NCBI GenBank assembly: GCA_963813155.1 | Contig: CAWEYG010000002.1 | Span: 288,001-352,000 of the forward strand | Origin: an uncultured Acidobacteriota bacterium | Lineage (GTDB): Bacteria; Acidobacteriota; Thermoanaerobaculia; UBA5066; DATFVB01 | Direction: 5' to 3' | Length of the DNA stretch: 64,000 bases | Shown here: piece by piece, positions 52,631 through 61,141 of the stretch | How positions within the stretch are numbered: the first letter of the stretch is position 1 | Layout: each line of letters opens with the position of its first letter | The notes under the pieces: model-generated | The model's database searches: none | What the model was told of the DNA's origin: nothing | What the model saw: the letters and a program-made list of their open reading frames with translations, nothing else | Translations under genes and position numbers: made by a program

Positions 52631-54493
52631 TTACCGGAGCGCGTGTTCCGCGACGCGCCTCACGAGGTCCAGATCCGTCAGCGGCCCCTGCCTTCCCCAG
52701 AAGCGAACGAAGCCACCCCGATCTCCAAACTTCTTGAGCCAGGCGGTCGGCCTTCCGTCCGGGTCGGCGCCAAGGACGGTCAGGGTCCCGGAAGGAAGGA
52801 CCGCGAGGGAACCGAGCCACCATCCCGGCAGGCCCCACTCGGCGCCGTCCCTCGTCGCCACCGAGAACACCTCTTCCGCGGACGCCTTCGGATCCGCGGC
52901 GACTCCGAGAATCCGCGCGGGCGCCCCCGGATCGAAGCCGGTGATCTTGCCGGTTCCGGCTTCGCATTTCAACGCGACGGGAGGGCCTCCCGGCCAGACG
53001 GCGCGGCCCCCGGCGTCGAGATACCGCCGAAACGCGGGAGCGGAGCCCTCCGCCGCGTCCAGGACCTCGGCCGGCAGCGCGTCCGACGCGAATACGACGA
53101 CGCTCGGAGCGCCGTCCTCCGTTCGCGCCCCCAGGAATCCGGGCAGGCTCGCCGCGTCGAGCTCCGTGTAGCCGGCCCCGGCGAGAAGATCGCGGACGGC
53201 GCGTCCGCCACGGAAGTAGTGGCCCGCCGACTTCTCGTCCCAGTAAACCGCCTTCCACGGAACCATCGGCCGGCGGCTTGAAGCGGTCAGGGCGTACACG
53301 AAACCGTCGTCGCTGCCGATGAAGACGAGATCCCCGTCCGCGGACGGAGAGGAGTACACCGAATCGCCAGTGCGGTACCTCCAGAGCTCGCGGCCGGTCG
53401 CCCGGTCGAGGCCGAACACGTTGCCGTCCTCGCAACCGACGTAGAGCGCATCCCCCGCGACGGCCGGCGACGAAATGATCCTCGAAGGCATCGCCACTCG
53501 CCAGCGCTCCTTCCCGGTCCCGATCTCGGCCGCATTGATGAAATATCCGTCCGAGCTCCCGACATACGACACGCCGTCGGAAATCGCCGGCGACGCTTCG
53601 CACCACGCGAGCTCCAGGTGCTCTTTCGTGAACGCGACCGGATGCGCGATCCGCCACAGGAGGCGGCCGGTCTTCGCATCGAGCGCGTACTGGTGCGCAT
53701 CGCGCGACCCGAAAGTGACGATCCCGTCCGACACGGACGCCGAGGACGCGATCGACCGACGGTCGAATCCCGCCTTTTCGGAATCGTTCTTGAACCCTTC
53801 CGTTTCGTATCTCCACCTCAGTTTTCCGGTGGACTCGTCAACCGCGTAGAGCACGCCGTCCGTGCTCCCCTGGTACACGACCTGGCCGCCGACCGCCGGA
53901 GAAGCCCGCAGCCGGCCGCCGGTGCGAAATCGCCACAGAACGGCGCCGGATTCCGCCGAAAGACACGAGAGCGTTCCATCGCCGCCGGCGGCCAGCACCC
54001 GGCCGCCGTCGACGGCAGGCGAGGAAATGATCCACTCATAACCCCAGGAGAAGGGAGCGTCGACGCCCATGGCGAACCGCCACTTCTCTTTTCCCGAGCG
54101 AACGTCCACGGCATAGAGATTGCGGTCGCGGCTCGCGAAGAACGCCGTTTCGTCCGCGATCGCGGCGCTCGAGTCGACCGCTCCGCCGGTCGAGAATCTC
54201 CAGATCTCCCGGCCGGACTTCTCGTCCAGCGCGTACAGGTTCCCGTCTCCGCTCCCGACGAGGACGCGGCCCTCGCTCACCGTCGGGCTCGAGTGGACGG
54301 GCCCAGCCGTCGGAAATCTCCACGCGGCGCCGGCGAGCCGGCGCAGGGGCGACGACGAGTAAACGCCGCGGTGCGACGGCCCGCCGCGAAACGACGACTC
54401 GCCGGAGGCCTCCGCTCCCCTCGTCTCGTTGGCGAAAACCGGCAGGCAAAACATTCCGGCCAGGCACGCCAGGGGGACGAGTCGTATGCGCAT
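52631..54493 (-). CDS. Exported PQQ-like beta-propeller protein with an extra C-terminal domain
   Basis: GGAGG RBS, signal peptide, repeated SSP.V...GS.DG.LYA.D..TG...W. Confidence 0.88.
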   Translation of the reverse strand: MRIRLVPLACLAGMFCLPVFANETRGAEASGESSFRGGPSHRGVYSSSPLRRLAGAAWRFPTAGPVHSSPTVSEGRVLVGSGDGNLYALDEKSGREIWRFSTGGAVDSSAAIADETAFFASRDRNLYAVDVRSGKEKWRFAMGVDAPFSWGYEWIISSPAVDGGRVLAAGGDGTLSCLSAESGAVLWRFRTGGRLRASPAVGGQVVYQGSTDGVLYAVDESTGKLRWRYETEGFKNDSEKAGFDRRSIASSASVSDGIVTFGSRDAHQYALDAKTGRLLWRIAHPVAFTKEHLELAWCEASPAISDGVSYVGSSDGYFINAAEIGTGKERWRVAMPSRIISSPAVAGDALYVGCEDGNVFGLDRATGRELWRYRTGDSVYSSPSADGDLVFIGSDDGFVYALTASSRRPMVPWKAVYWDEKSAGHYFRGGRAVRDLLAGAGYTELDAASLPGFLGARTEDGAPSVVVFASDALPAEVLDAAEGSAPAFRRYLDAGGRAVWPGGPPVALKCEAGTGKITGFDPGAPARILGVAADPKASAEEVFSVATRDGAEWGLPGWWLGSLAVLPSGTLTVLGADPDGRPTAWLKKFGDRGGFVRFWGRQGPLTDLDLVRRVAEHALR

Positions 54494-54669
54494 GAGCACC
54501 TCCTGCCGCCTCCTACGAACTTCGCCGCGGACTGTTCTGAAACCGCAAGATTTCGACAGCGCTGTTTCGCAATCCGGAAACACGAATCGAGATCCGCCGA
54601 TTTGAAGTTCTCGAAGGCGAAGAATTCGCGAACTCCCTCACCTTTCACGGGTTGGCCACCATTCGACGC

Positions 54670-54685
54670 TGGCAGCCACATTGCT
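54670..54685 (+). promoter_or_regulatory. Sigma54 promoter upstream of the TonB-like receptor
   Basis: TGGCAGCCACATTGCT closely matches TGGCAC-N5-TTGCW, in an AT-rich intergenic region. Confidence 0.8.
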
Positions 54686-54831
54686 ATCGTAAGTAGTTGC
54701 AATTGAAGGATTTAATCTTACTTATGTCGTTAATCATTTTCGAATTTATTCAGAAAGGAGGAGTCGGAAAAAGTGTTCCCCGGAAAGATGGAAATTCGCT
54801 GTCTCAACTCGAAAATAAGGAGGGAGATTTC

Positions 54832-57800
54832 ATGAAGGTGTTCAGACTACTCGCCATCTGTCTGATGGCGGCTGTCTTCTCCGCGCCCCTGTTCGGACAG
54901 GGAGCTTCGGCGACGTACGGCAACATTTACGGGAAGGTCTCCGACGAATCGGGCGGCGCGCTGCCCGGCGTGTCGGTGACGCTGTCCGGCGGCGGAGCCG
55001 CGCGGACCGCGACGTCGGGAGGGCAGGGGGAATTCCGATTCCTCAATCTGGCGCCCGGCAACTACACCGTCAAAACGGAGCTCAACGGTTTTTCGACCGT
55101 GGAGCGCACCAACGTGACGGTGAGCCTGGGTTCCAACACGGAGGTCGCGATTCCGATGAAGATCGCCTCGGTGGCGACGACGATCACGGTGTCTTCCGAG
55201 ACGCCGCTGCTCGACACGCGCCGGGTGAGCTCGGGATCGGACTTCACGCAGGACCAGTTGAAGAGCATTCCGACGGCGCGCGACCCCTGGGTCGTTCTCC
55301 AGCAGGTGCCTTCCGTCCAGATCGACCGGGCCAACGTGGCGGGCAGCGAGAGCGGCCAGCAGTCGGTCTACATCGGCAAGGGCGTCGACGCCTCGCAGAA
55401 CGCGTGGCTCGTCGACGGCGTGGCCGTGACGGACATGTCGGCTCTGGGATCGTCCTCGACTTATTATGATTTCGACGCGTTCCAGGAAATGCAGGCAACG
55501 ACGGGCGGATCGGATCCTTCGATCGCGGTCCCGGGCGTCACGCTCAACATGGTCACGAAGCGCGGAACCAACGAAGTGCACGGATCGGCTCGAATCTTCG
55601 ACACCCCGAGCGAGACCGAAGCACGCGCGAACCGCGCCGCGGTCGGGCCGTACAGCTCGACGCTCGGCGGGCCGAGCACGCTCAAGGTCGGCAGCGGTAA
55701 CTCGATCGACCACATCCAGGACTACGGTGTGGAAGCCGGCGGACCAATCTGGGCCGACAAGGCGTGGTTGTGGGGAAGCTACGGACGGGACCAGATCGAT
55801 CTCGTCAAGCTCTCCTCGGCCGCACCCGACCAGACGACCCTCGAGAACTGGGCCGGCAAGTTCAACATTCAGCCGGTCGAGTCCAACTCGGCGACCGCGT
55901 TCTACTTCCGCGGCGACAAGATCAAGCTCGGGCGCACGGCGGTCTCCAACCGCGGCCAGGGCACGGCGTGGAACCAGAGCGGACCGACCGTGATCTGGAA
56001 GGCGGACGATTCGCAGGTCTTCGGGCCGAACCTCGTCCTGAACGCCTCCTACAGCTACGTGCGCGGCGGATTCCATCTCGCTCCGCAGGCGGGTCTCGGG
56101 CCGAACATGGTCCAGGACGCCAACGAAGTGTGGCAAGGGACCTTCTACGACTTCGCCACCTACCGGCCGCAGCACCAGGCGACGGCAAACGCGTCGTACT
56201 TCTTCAACACCGGGTCGATCGGACACGAGCTCAAATTCGGGTTCGGCTACCGCCACATCATCGGCGGCTCGACGACGACCTGGCCCGGCAACCAGGACAT
56301 CAACTACCTGAACTACAACGGCAGCGGCCAGTCATACGTCAACATCCGGCGAAACCTGGCGGTCAACGAGACCATGACCTACTACGACGCCTACATCGGG
56401 GACACGTTGACGGCCAACAATCTGACGGTCAACGTCGGCATCCGCTACGACGACCAGAAGGGCTTCAACGCCGCCTCGGGTGCGCCGGGCAACAGCTCGG
56501 TCTGCGACCCGAGCCAGGCGTTCTCTCTTTCGAATCCCTGCATCCCGGCCCTCAATTATTCCGGAGCCGCAGCGGAGATCCACTTCAAGGACTGGGAACC
56601 CCGCGTGGGACTGACCTACGCCCTCGGCGCCCAGAAGTCCACGCTGCTTCGCGCTTCTTACGCGAGGTATGCGGATCAGTTGGGCTCGGGAAACGTGGCC
56701 TATGACAACCCGCTCGGCTACACGTACATGATCTACCCCTTCACGGACGCGAACCACAACGGCCTCGCAGATCCGGGCGAGCTCGGTGCGGTCTATTCCT
56801 ATACCGGTATCGACCCGAACAATCCGAACAGCCTCATCTCTCCCAACCAGATCGCGCACAACCTGAAGAACACGAAGACCGACGAGTTCATGTTCGGCGT
56901 CGACCACCAGATCCTTCCGGAACTGGTCGCCGGCTTGACCTACACGCACCGCCATCGCTCGGACTACATCACGGGCAACTACATCGGCGTCACGGCGGCG
57001 AACTTCGTGCTCGACCCGAGCCGGAGCGGCAAGAACGCCTATGATCAGCAGGGCAATCTTGTCGGCACAACCGGGAACTATTACGACTTCATCGCCCCGG
57101 CTGGATTCAACGGCGGAGCAATCCTGACCAACGATCCCGGTTACACCACCAACTACAACGGGGTCGAGCTCCAGCTCACGAAGCGCCTTTCCAATCGCTG
57201 GATGATGCACGGTTCCGTCGCGTACACCGACTGGAAGCAGAGCGTCAACGGCGCCAACGGCTGCCTGGCGTCCAACGCCGGCTTGACGAGCTGGAAGGGG
57301 CCCACCAACGTGCTGACCCCGGCGGGATCGAGCTGCGCCGACGGAGGCCAGGTCTACCAGGAATCGCTGGGGTCGGGCTCGAAGGGCGACGTGTTCCTGA
57401 GCTCGAAGTACCAATTCAACGTCAGCGGCCTGTACCAGCTTCCGATGAACTTCAACGTCGCGGCCAACCTGTTCGGCCGCCAGGGCTACCTCATCCCGTA
57501 CTACGCTGCGGTCTCCGGCGGCGACGTGGGCGCCTCTCTCGGTGCGCGCAACGTCATCGTCGGCAACAGCGACGACCACCGCTTGAAGAACCTCTACCAG
57601 CTCGACCTGCGAGCGGAGAAGGTTCTTCCCCTGTTCCAGAAGGCGGACATGACTCTCTCGATCGACATGTTCAACGCCTTGAACAGCGACACGATCCTCC
57701 AGCAGGCAGCGCAGCTCTCCACCACGGCTTGCGGGGCGGCGAACGCCGCCAAGAGCTGCACCGGCAAGGGCAATCGCGTCGAAGAACGCGAGAGCCCGCG

Positions 57801-57834
57801 GGTTCTCCGGTTCGGAGCTCGCCTGAGCTTCTAA
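54832..57834 (+). CDS. TonB-dependent receptor-like outer-membrane protein with an N-terminal carboxypeptidase-regulatory-like domain (Oar type)
   Basis: G.V.DESGGALPGV.V, plug VTKRGTN, C-terminal PRVLRFGARLSF; AAGGAGG RBS. Confidence 0.92.
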   Translation: MKVFRLLAICLMAAVFSAPLFGQGASATYGNIYGKVSDESGGALPGVSVTLSGGGAARTATSGGQGEFRFLNLAPGNYTVKTELNGFSTVERTNVTVSLGSNTEVAIPMKIASVATTITVSSETPLLDTRRVSSGSDFTQDQLKSIPTARDPWVVLQQVPSVQIDRANVAGSESGQQSVYIGKGVDASQNAWLVDGVAVTDMSALGSSSTYYDFDAFQEMQATTGGSDPSIAVPGVTLNMVTKRGTNEVHGSARIFDTPSETEARANRAAVGPYSSTLGGPSTLKVGSGNSIDHIQDYGVEAGGPIWADKAWLWGSYGRDQIDLVKLSSAAPDQTTLENWAGKFNIQPVESNSATAFYFRGDKIKLGRTAVSNRGQGTAWNQSGPTVIWKADDSQVFGPNLVLNASYSYVRGGFHLAPQAGLGPNMVQDANEVWQGTFYDFATYRPQHQATANASYFFNTGSIGHELKFGFGYRHIIGGSTTTWPGNQDINYLNYNGSGQSYVNIRRNLAVNETMTYYDAYIGDTLTANNLTVNVGIRYDDQKGFNAASGAPGNSSVCDPSQAFSLSNPCIPALNYSGAAAEIHFKDWEPRVGLTYALGAQKSTLLRASYARYADQLGSGNVAYDNPLGYTYMIYPFTDANHNGLADPGELGAVYSYTGIDPNNPNSLISPNQIAHNLKNTKTDEFMFGVDHQILPELVAGLTYTHRHRSDYITGNYIGVTAANFVLDPSRSGKNAYDQQGNLVGTTGNYYDFIAPAGFNGGAILTNDPGYTTNYNGVELQLTKRLSNRWMMHGSVAYTDWKQSVNGANGCLASNAGLTSWKGPTNVLTPAGSSCADGGQVYQESLGSGSKGDVFLSSKYQFNVSGLYQLPMNFNVAANLFGRQGYLIPYYAAVSGGDVGASLGARNVIVGNSDDHRLKNLYQLDLRAEKVLPLFQKADMTLSIDMFNALNSDTILQQAAQLSTTACGAANAAKSCTGKGNRVEERESPRVLRFGARLSF

Positions 57835-57855
57835 CTCGTTCCCGGAATTCTCTTC

Positions 57856-57886
57856 GCCCCGCCGGGAAACCGGCGGGGCTTTTTTT
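57856..57886 (+). terminator. Intrinsic terminator
   Basis: GCCCCGCCGG-GAAA-CCGGCGGGGC followed by T7. Confidence 0.92.
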
Positions 57887-57892
57887 CAGCGT

Positions 57893-58225
57893 TCAGCGCG
57901 GAAGGACGGGATCGGGCTCTTCTTCGGACACGGACGGCCGGCCCAGGCCGCGGACCAGCCGCTTGAGATCTCCTTCGTCCTGGACGGACGTCAGATCGAT
58001 CTCGGATTCGATCAGGCCGTCGATCAACGCGCGGACGATGTCGGTTCGCTTGACGATCGCTCCGGTCGACGCGCGAATGTCGGTGATCAGGCGATCCAGG
58101 AAAATGATCTGGCGGTCGTAGAGAACCATCGTGACCCGCGACCATTGATCGAGAAGAGCGGGAGGCCTTCCCCACCGGGGACCGTTGGGGCTCGACACCT
58201 CCGGCCGATCTTTCACCGATTTCAT
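57893..58225 (-). CDS. Small hypothetical protein, possibly ribbon-helix-helix DNA binding
   Basis: GGAGG RBS; GRP, then RVTMVLYDRQIIFLDRL...KRTDIVRALID. Confidence 0.65.
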   Translation of the reverse strand: MKSVKDRPEVSSPNGPRWGRPPALLDQWSRVTMVLYDRQIIFLDRLITDIRASTGAIVKRTDIVRALIDGLIESEIDLTSVQDEGDLKRLVRGLGRPSVSEEEPDPVLPR

Positions 58226-58415
58226 ACCCGCACCTCCCGGAACATTAACGCCATAAATAAGGAACTCGTCCCGCATCCCATGTTTCGGATGGTACGCGTG
58301 GATCTCCCCAACGTGCTATCGAGAAATTGCGCGGGCATTCTTCCAGCGGCGTGCACTCATGAAAGAGTACGCACGCCCCGGGGGAAGGTTTCGCGCCCCG
58401 AAGCCGCCCGCGGAA

Positions 58416-59417
58416 TCAATCGGGCCTCGGAACGCCGGGCAGTTCGAGCCGCGCCCGCAATCCGCCCGCGGGCGAGTCCTCGAGCGAAACGGACCCGCCA
58501 TAGAGGCCGGCGAGATCGCGCACGATCGCGAGACCGAGTCCCGACCCGTCGACCGCTTCGTCCGCCTTCACGCCCCGTTGCAGCACGGCCTCCCGGACGG
58601 AGCGATCGATTCCCGGGCCGTCGTCGTCGACGGCGACGACGAGGGTCTCGCCGGCGAGCGAGGACTCGATCGAAACTCGCGACTTCGCCCACTTGCAGGC
58701 GTTGTCGAGAACGTTGCCGAGCATTTCCTCGAGGTCCTCGCGCCGTCCCCGAAAAGCGTGCCCCCGTTCGATCGACGTCTCGATCGTCAACCCCCTGTGG
58801 GCGTGCAATCGAAGGAGAACCCGGACCAGCCCTTCGACGGGCTCGCGGATCGAGGTCTCTGCCCCGCGCACGCCTCCCGAGGCCGCCGCGCGCGCGTGGG
58901 CGAGGTGATATTCCACCTGGCGTTTCATCCGGTCGACCTGCTGGGCAATCGTCGCGGCGAGCTCGATGCGGCCCTCGGCTTCCAGCCGCTCCGCCTCGTT
59001 GGAGAGCACCGCGAGCGGGGTCTTCAACCCGTGCGCGAGATCGCCGGCCTTTGCATTCGCGGTCTCGACCGCGCGTTCTCCGTGCGCGAGCAGGGCGTTG
59101 AGCTCGTCGACGAGAGGCTGCACCTCGGCCGGATATTCGCCGCCCAGCCGGCTCTCGCGACCCTTCCTCACCCCGGCCAGCCGGAGGCGCAGCCGGTCGA
59201 ATGGAACGAGCGCTCCCCTCACGAACGAGAGTCCTGCCGCCATACACCCTCCGGCGAGAATGAGCAGGATCGCCGTGTGCAGCGCGATCGCGGGCGCCTG
59301 CCAGCGACCGTGGGTCACGGTCAGCGCGACGGCGAGAAGCATCACGAGCCCGATGGTCCAGAGCGCCGCCCCGAAGAGGATGCGGCCGCGCACCGAGGAG
59401 ACAGGAACCTGAATCAA
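58416..59417 (-). CDS. Sensor histidine kinase
   Basis: Two TM helices, LAHGLKTPL, GNVLDNACKW, DDDGPG, GSGLGL. Confidence 0.93.
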   Translation of the reverse strand: MIQVPVSSVRGRILFGAALWTIGLVMLLAVALTVTHGRWQAPAIALHTAILLILAGGCMAAGLSFVRGALVPFDRLRLRLAGVRKGRESRLGGEYPAEVQPLVDELNALLAHGERAVETANAKAGDLAHGLKTPLAVLSNEAERLEAEGRIELAATIAQQVDRMKRQVEYHLAHARAAASGGVRGAETSIREPVEGLVRVLLRLHAHRGLTIETSIERGHAFRGRREDLEEMLGNVLDNACKWAKSRVSIESSLAGETLVVAVDDDGPGIDRSVREAVLQRGVKADEAVDGSGLGLAIVRDLAGLYGGSVSLEDSPAGGLRARLELPGVPRPD

Positions 59418-60100
59418 GAGCTCTTCTCTCCGGAGGACACGCCATCGCTCTTCATCCGGTATCCGAGACCGCGCACGGTCTCGATGACGCCGGCGCCGAG
59501 CTTGCGGCGAAGACGCGCTACGAAAACCTCGATCGTGTTGGAATCGCGATCGGAGTTGAGGGAATAGATGTGGTCCGTCAGCTCGGTCTGGGGCACCGCA
59601 CGCCCGCCGTGGTGCATCAGGTAGGAGAGGACCCGCAGCTCGAGCGCGGTCAACCGGACTTCCTCGCCCCGGAGTGTGACCCTACCCGCGCGAGGGTCGA
59701 GCGTCACCGCGCCGCAGCGGAGCTCGGGAGACGGCAGGCCGCTGGCCCTCCGGATCAGGCTTCGGAGCCGAGCGAGCAGCTCCTCCATTCGAAACGGCTT
59801 CGAGAGGTAATCGTCGGCGCCCGAATCGATCCCCTGGACCTTTTCGGACCAGCTTCCCCGCGCCGTCAGAACCATCACCGGGACCTTCATGCCGGCGTCG
59901 CGCCACCGCCGAAGAATCGTCAGCCCGTCGACCTTCGGGAGGCCGAGGTCGAGCACGACGACGTCGTAGGTTTCGGTCTGCGCGAGAAAATCCGCCTTCT
60001 CGCCGTCCGCCGCGCAGTCCACCGCGTAGCCGTTCTCGCGCAGAGCGGCGGAGAGTTGCTGCGACAGGCGCGCCTCATCCTCGGCGACGAGCGCGCGCAT
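59414..60100 (-). CDS. OmpR-family response regulator
   Basis: VAEDE, VLDLGLP, GADDYLSKPF, IETVRGLGY. Confidence 0.95.
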   Translation of the reverse strand: MRALVAEDEARLSQQLSAALRENGYAVDCAADGEKADFLAQTETYDVVVLDLGLPKVDGLTILRRWRDAGMKVPVMVLTARGSWSEKVQGIDSGADDYLSKPFRMEELLARLRSLIRRASGLPSPELRCGAVTLDPRAGRVTLRGEEVRLTALELRVLSYLMHHGGRAVPQTELTDHIYSLNSDRDSNTIEVFVARLRRKLGAGVIETVRGLGYRMKSDGVSSGEKSS

Positions 60101-60140
60101 CGGATCCTCGTGGCATGGGACGGTTATAGCCCAACCCGGC

Positions 60141-60180
60141 CTGAACGGCGCATGAACGACGCCTTCAGCCGCGGTTCAGC
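60141..60180. promoter_or_regulatory. OmpR-type tandem repeats in the divergent promoter
   Basis: CTGAAC-N5-ATGAAC followed by inverted TTCAG-N6-TTCAG, with 11-bp periodicity. Confidence 0.65.
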
Positions 60181-60217
60181 CTCGAAGGGATACGTTGCCG
60201 CGCAAGGAGGATTATTC

Positions 60218-61141
60218 ATGAAGCTCAAGATCTTTGCCGTCGCGATCGCGCTCGCCGCCGCCGCGTCGGTCTCGAGAAACGCCCGTGCCGCGGGCGACCC
60301 CATTTCCGGCGAGTGGGACGTGACGTTCCGGATCGAGGGAATGACGACGCCCGCGACGTTCAAGTTCGCCCTGTCCGGCGACCGGGTCAGCGGAACCGCG
60401 GACTCCCATCACACGGGCGCGGGAACCGTTCGCGACGGGTCCTGGAAAGACGGCCGGCTCGCGATGACGCTCGACTTCGCGTCGCACGAGTCGATCGTGG
60501 TCACCGGGAGCCTCGAGGGCGAACAGCTGACCGGCGAGTTCCGAACAGAAGGAAGAGTGGGCAAATGGGACGCCCGCAAGAAACGTCCCGGCGAGCACGT
60601 TCACGCAAGCGCCGCGGCCGCGTCGCCGCACTCGGCGCCCCCCAGCCCGTACGCGCCGTACGAGCAGCTCATCGGCGAATGGGACGTCGCTCCCGAAGGC
60701 GGCGGCCCCGCGACGGCGGGCGCGGTCTTCCGGTGGGGTCCGAATCATTCGTACATCTGGACCGCCGGCACGTTGGTTCACGACGGCGTCCAGGAGCCGC
60801 ACTTCGAGGGAATGATGATGTGGAACGGCGTCCACCGGAACCTGGACGCGCTGCTCGTCCTCGACATGCGATACGGCCTCGCACAGGAACAGGGCACCTA
60901 TTCGATCGAGCCCGACGGGACGATCGTGCGCGAAATCACCGCCGTCTTTTCGGAGGGCGTGCAGCCGATGGGGCAGGAGGTCGCCGGCCCGGGCGGCGCG
61001 ACGTCGCGTTTCCGCCAGACGTTCAAGTCGCAGGGGCCGGACCGCTTTGCGACGGCCGTCCTGCGGCAGAGCGGCGACGGGTGGGTCGCCACCTTTCCGG
61101 GAAGCGATCACCTCGTGATGACGCGCCGCTCGAACAGTTAG
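60218..61141 (+). CDS. Exported hypothetical protein with two beta-rich domains
   Basis: AAGGAGG RBS, signal peptide, two 'GEWDV' domain starts. Confidence 0.75.
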   Translation: MKLKIFAVAIALAAAASVSRNARAAGDPISGEWDVTFRIEGMTTPATFKFALSGDRVSGTADSHHTGAGTVRDGSWKDGRLAMTLDFASHESIVVTGSLEGEQLTGEFRTEGRVGKWDARKKRPGEHVHASAAAASPHSAPPSPYAPYEQLIGEWDVAPEGGGPATAGAVFRWGPNHSYIWTAGTLVHDGVQEPHFEGMMMWNGVHRNLDALLVLDMRYGLAQEQGTYSIEPDGTIVREITAVFSEGVQPMGQEVAGPGGATSRFRQTFKSQGPDRFATAVLRQSGDGWVATFPGSDHLVMTRRSNS

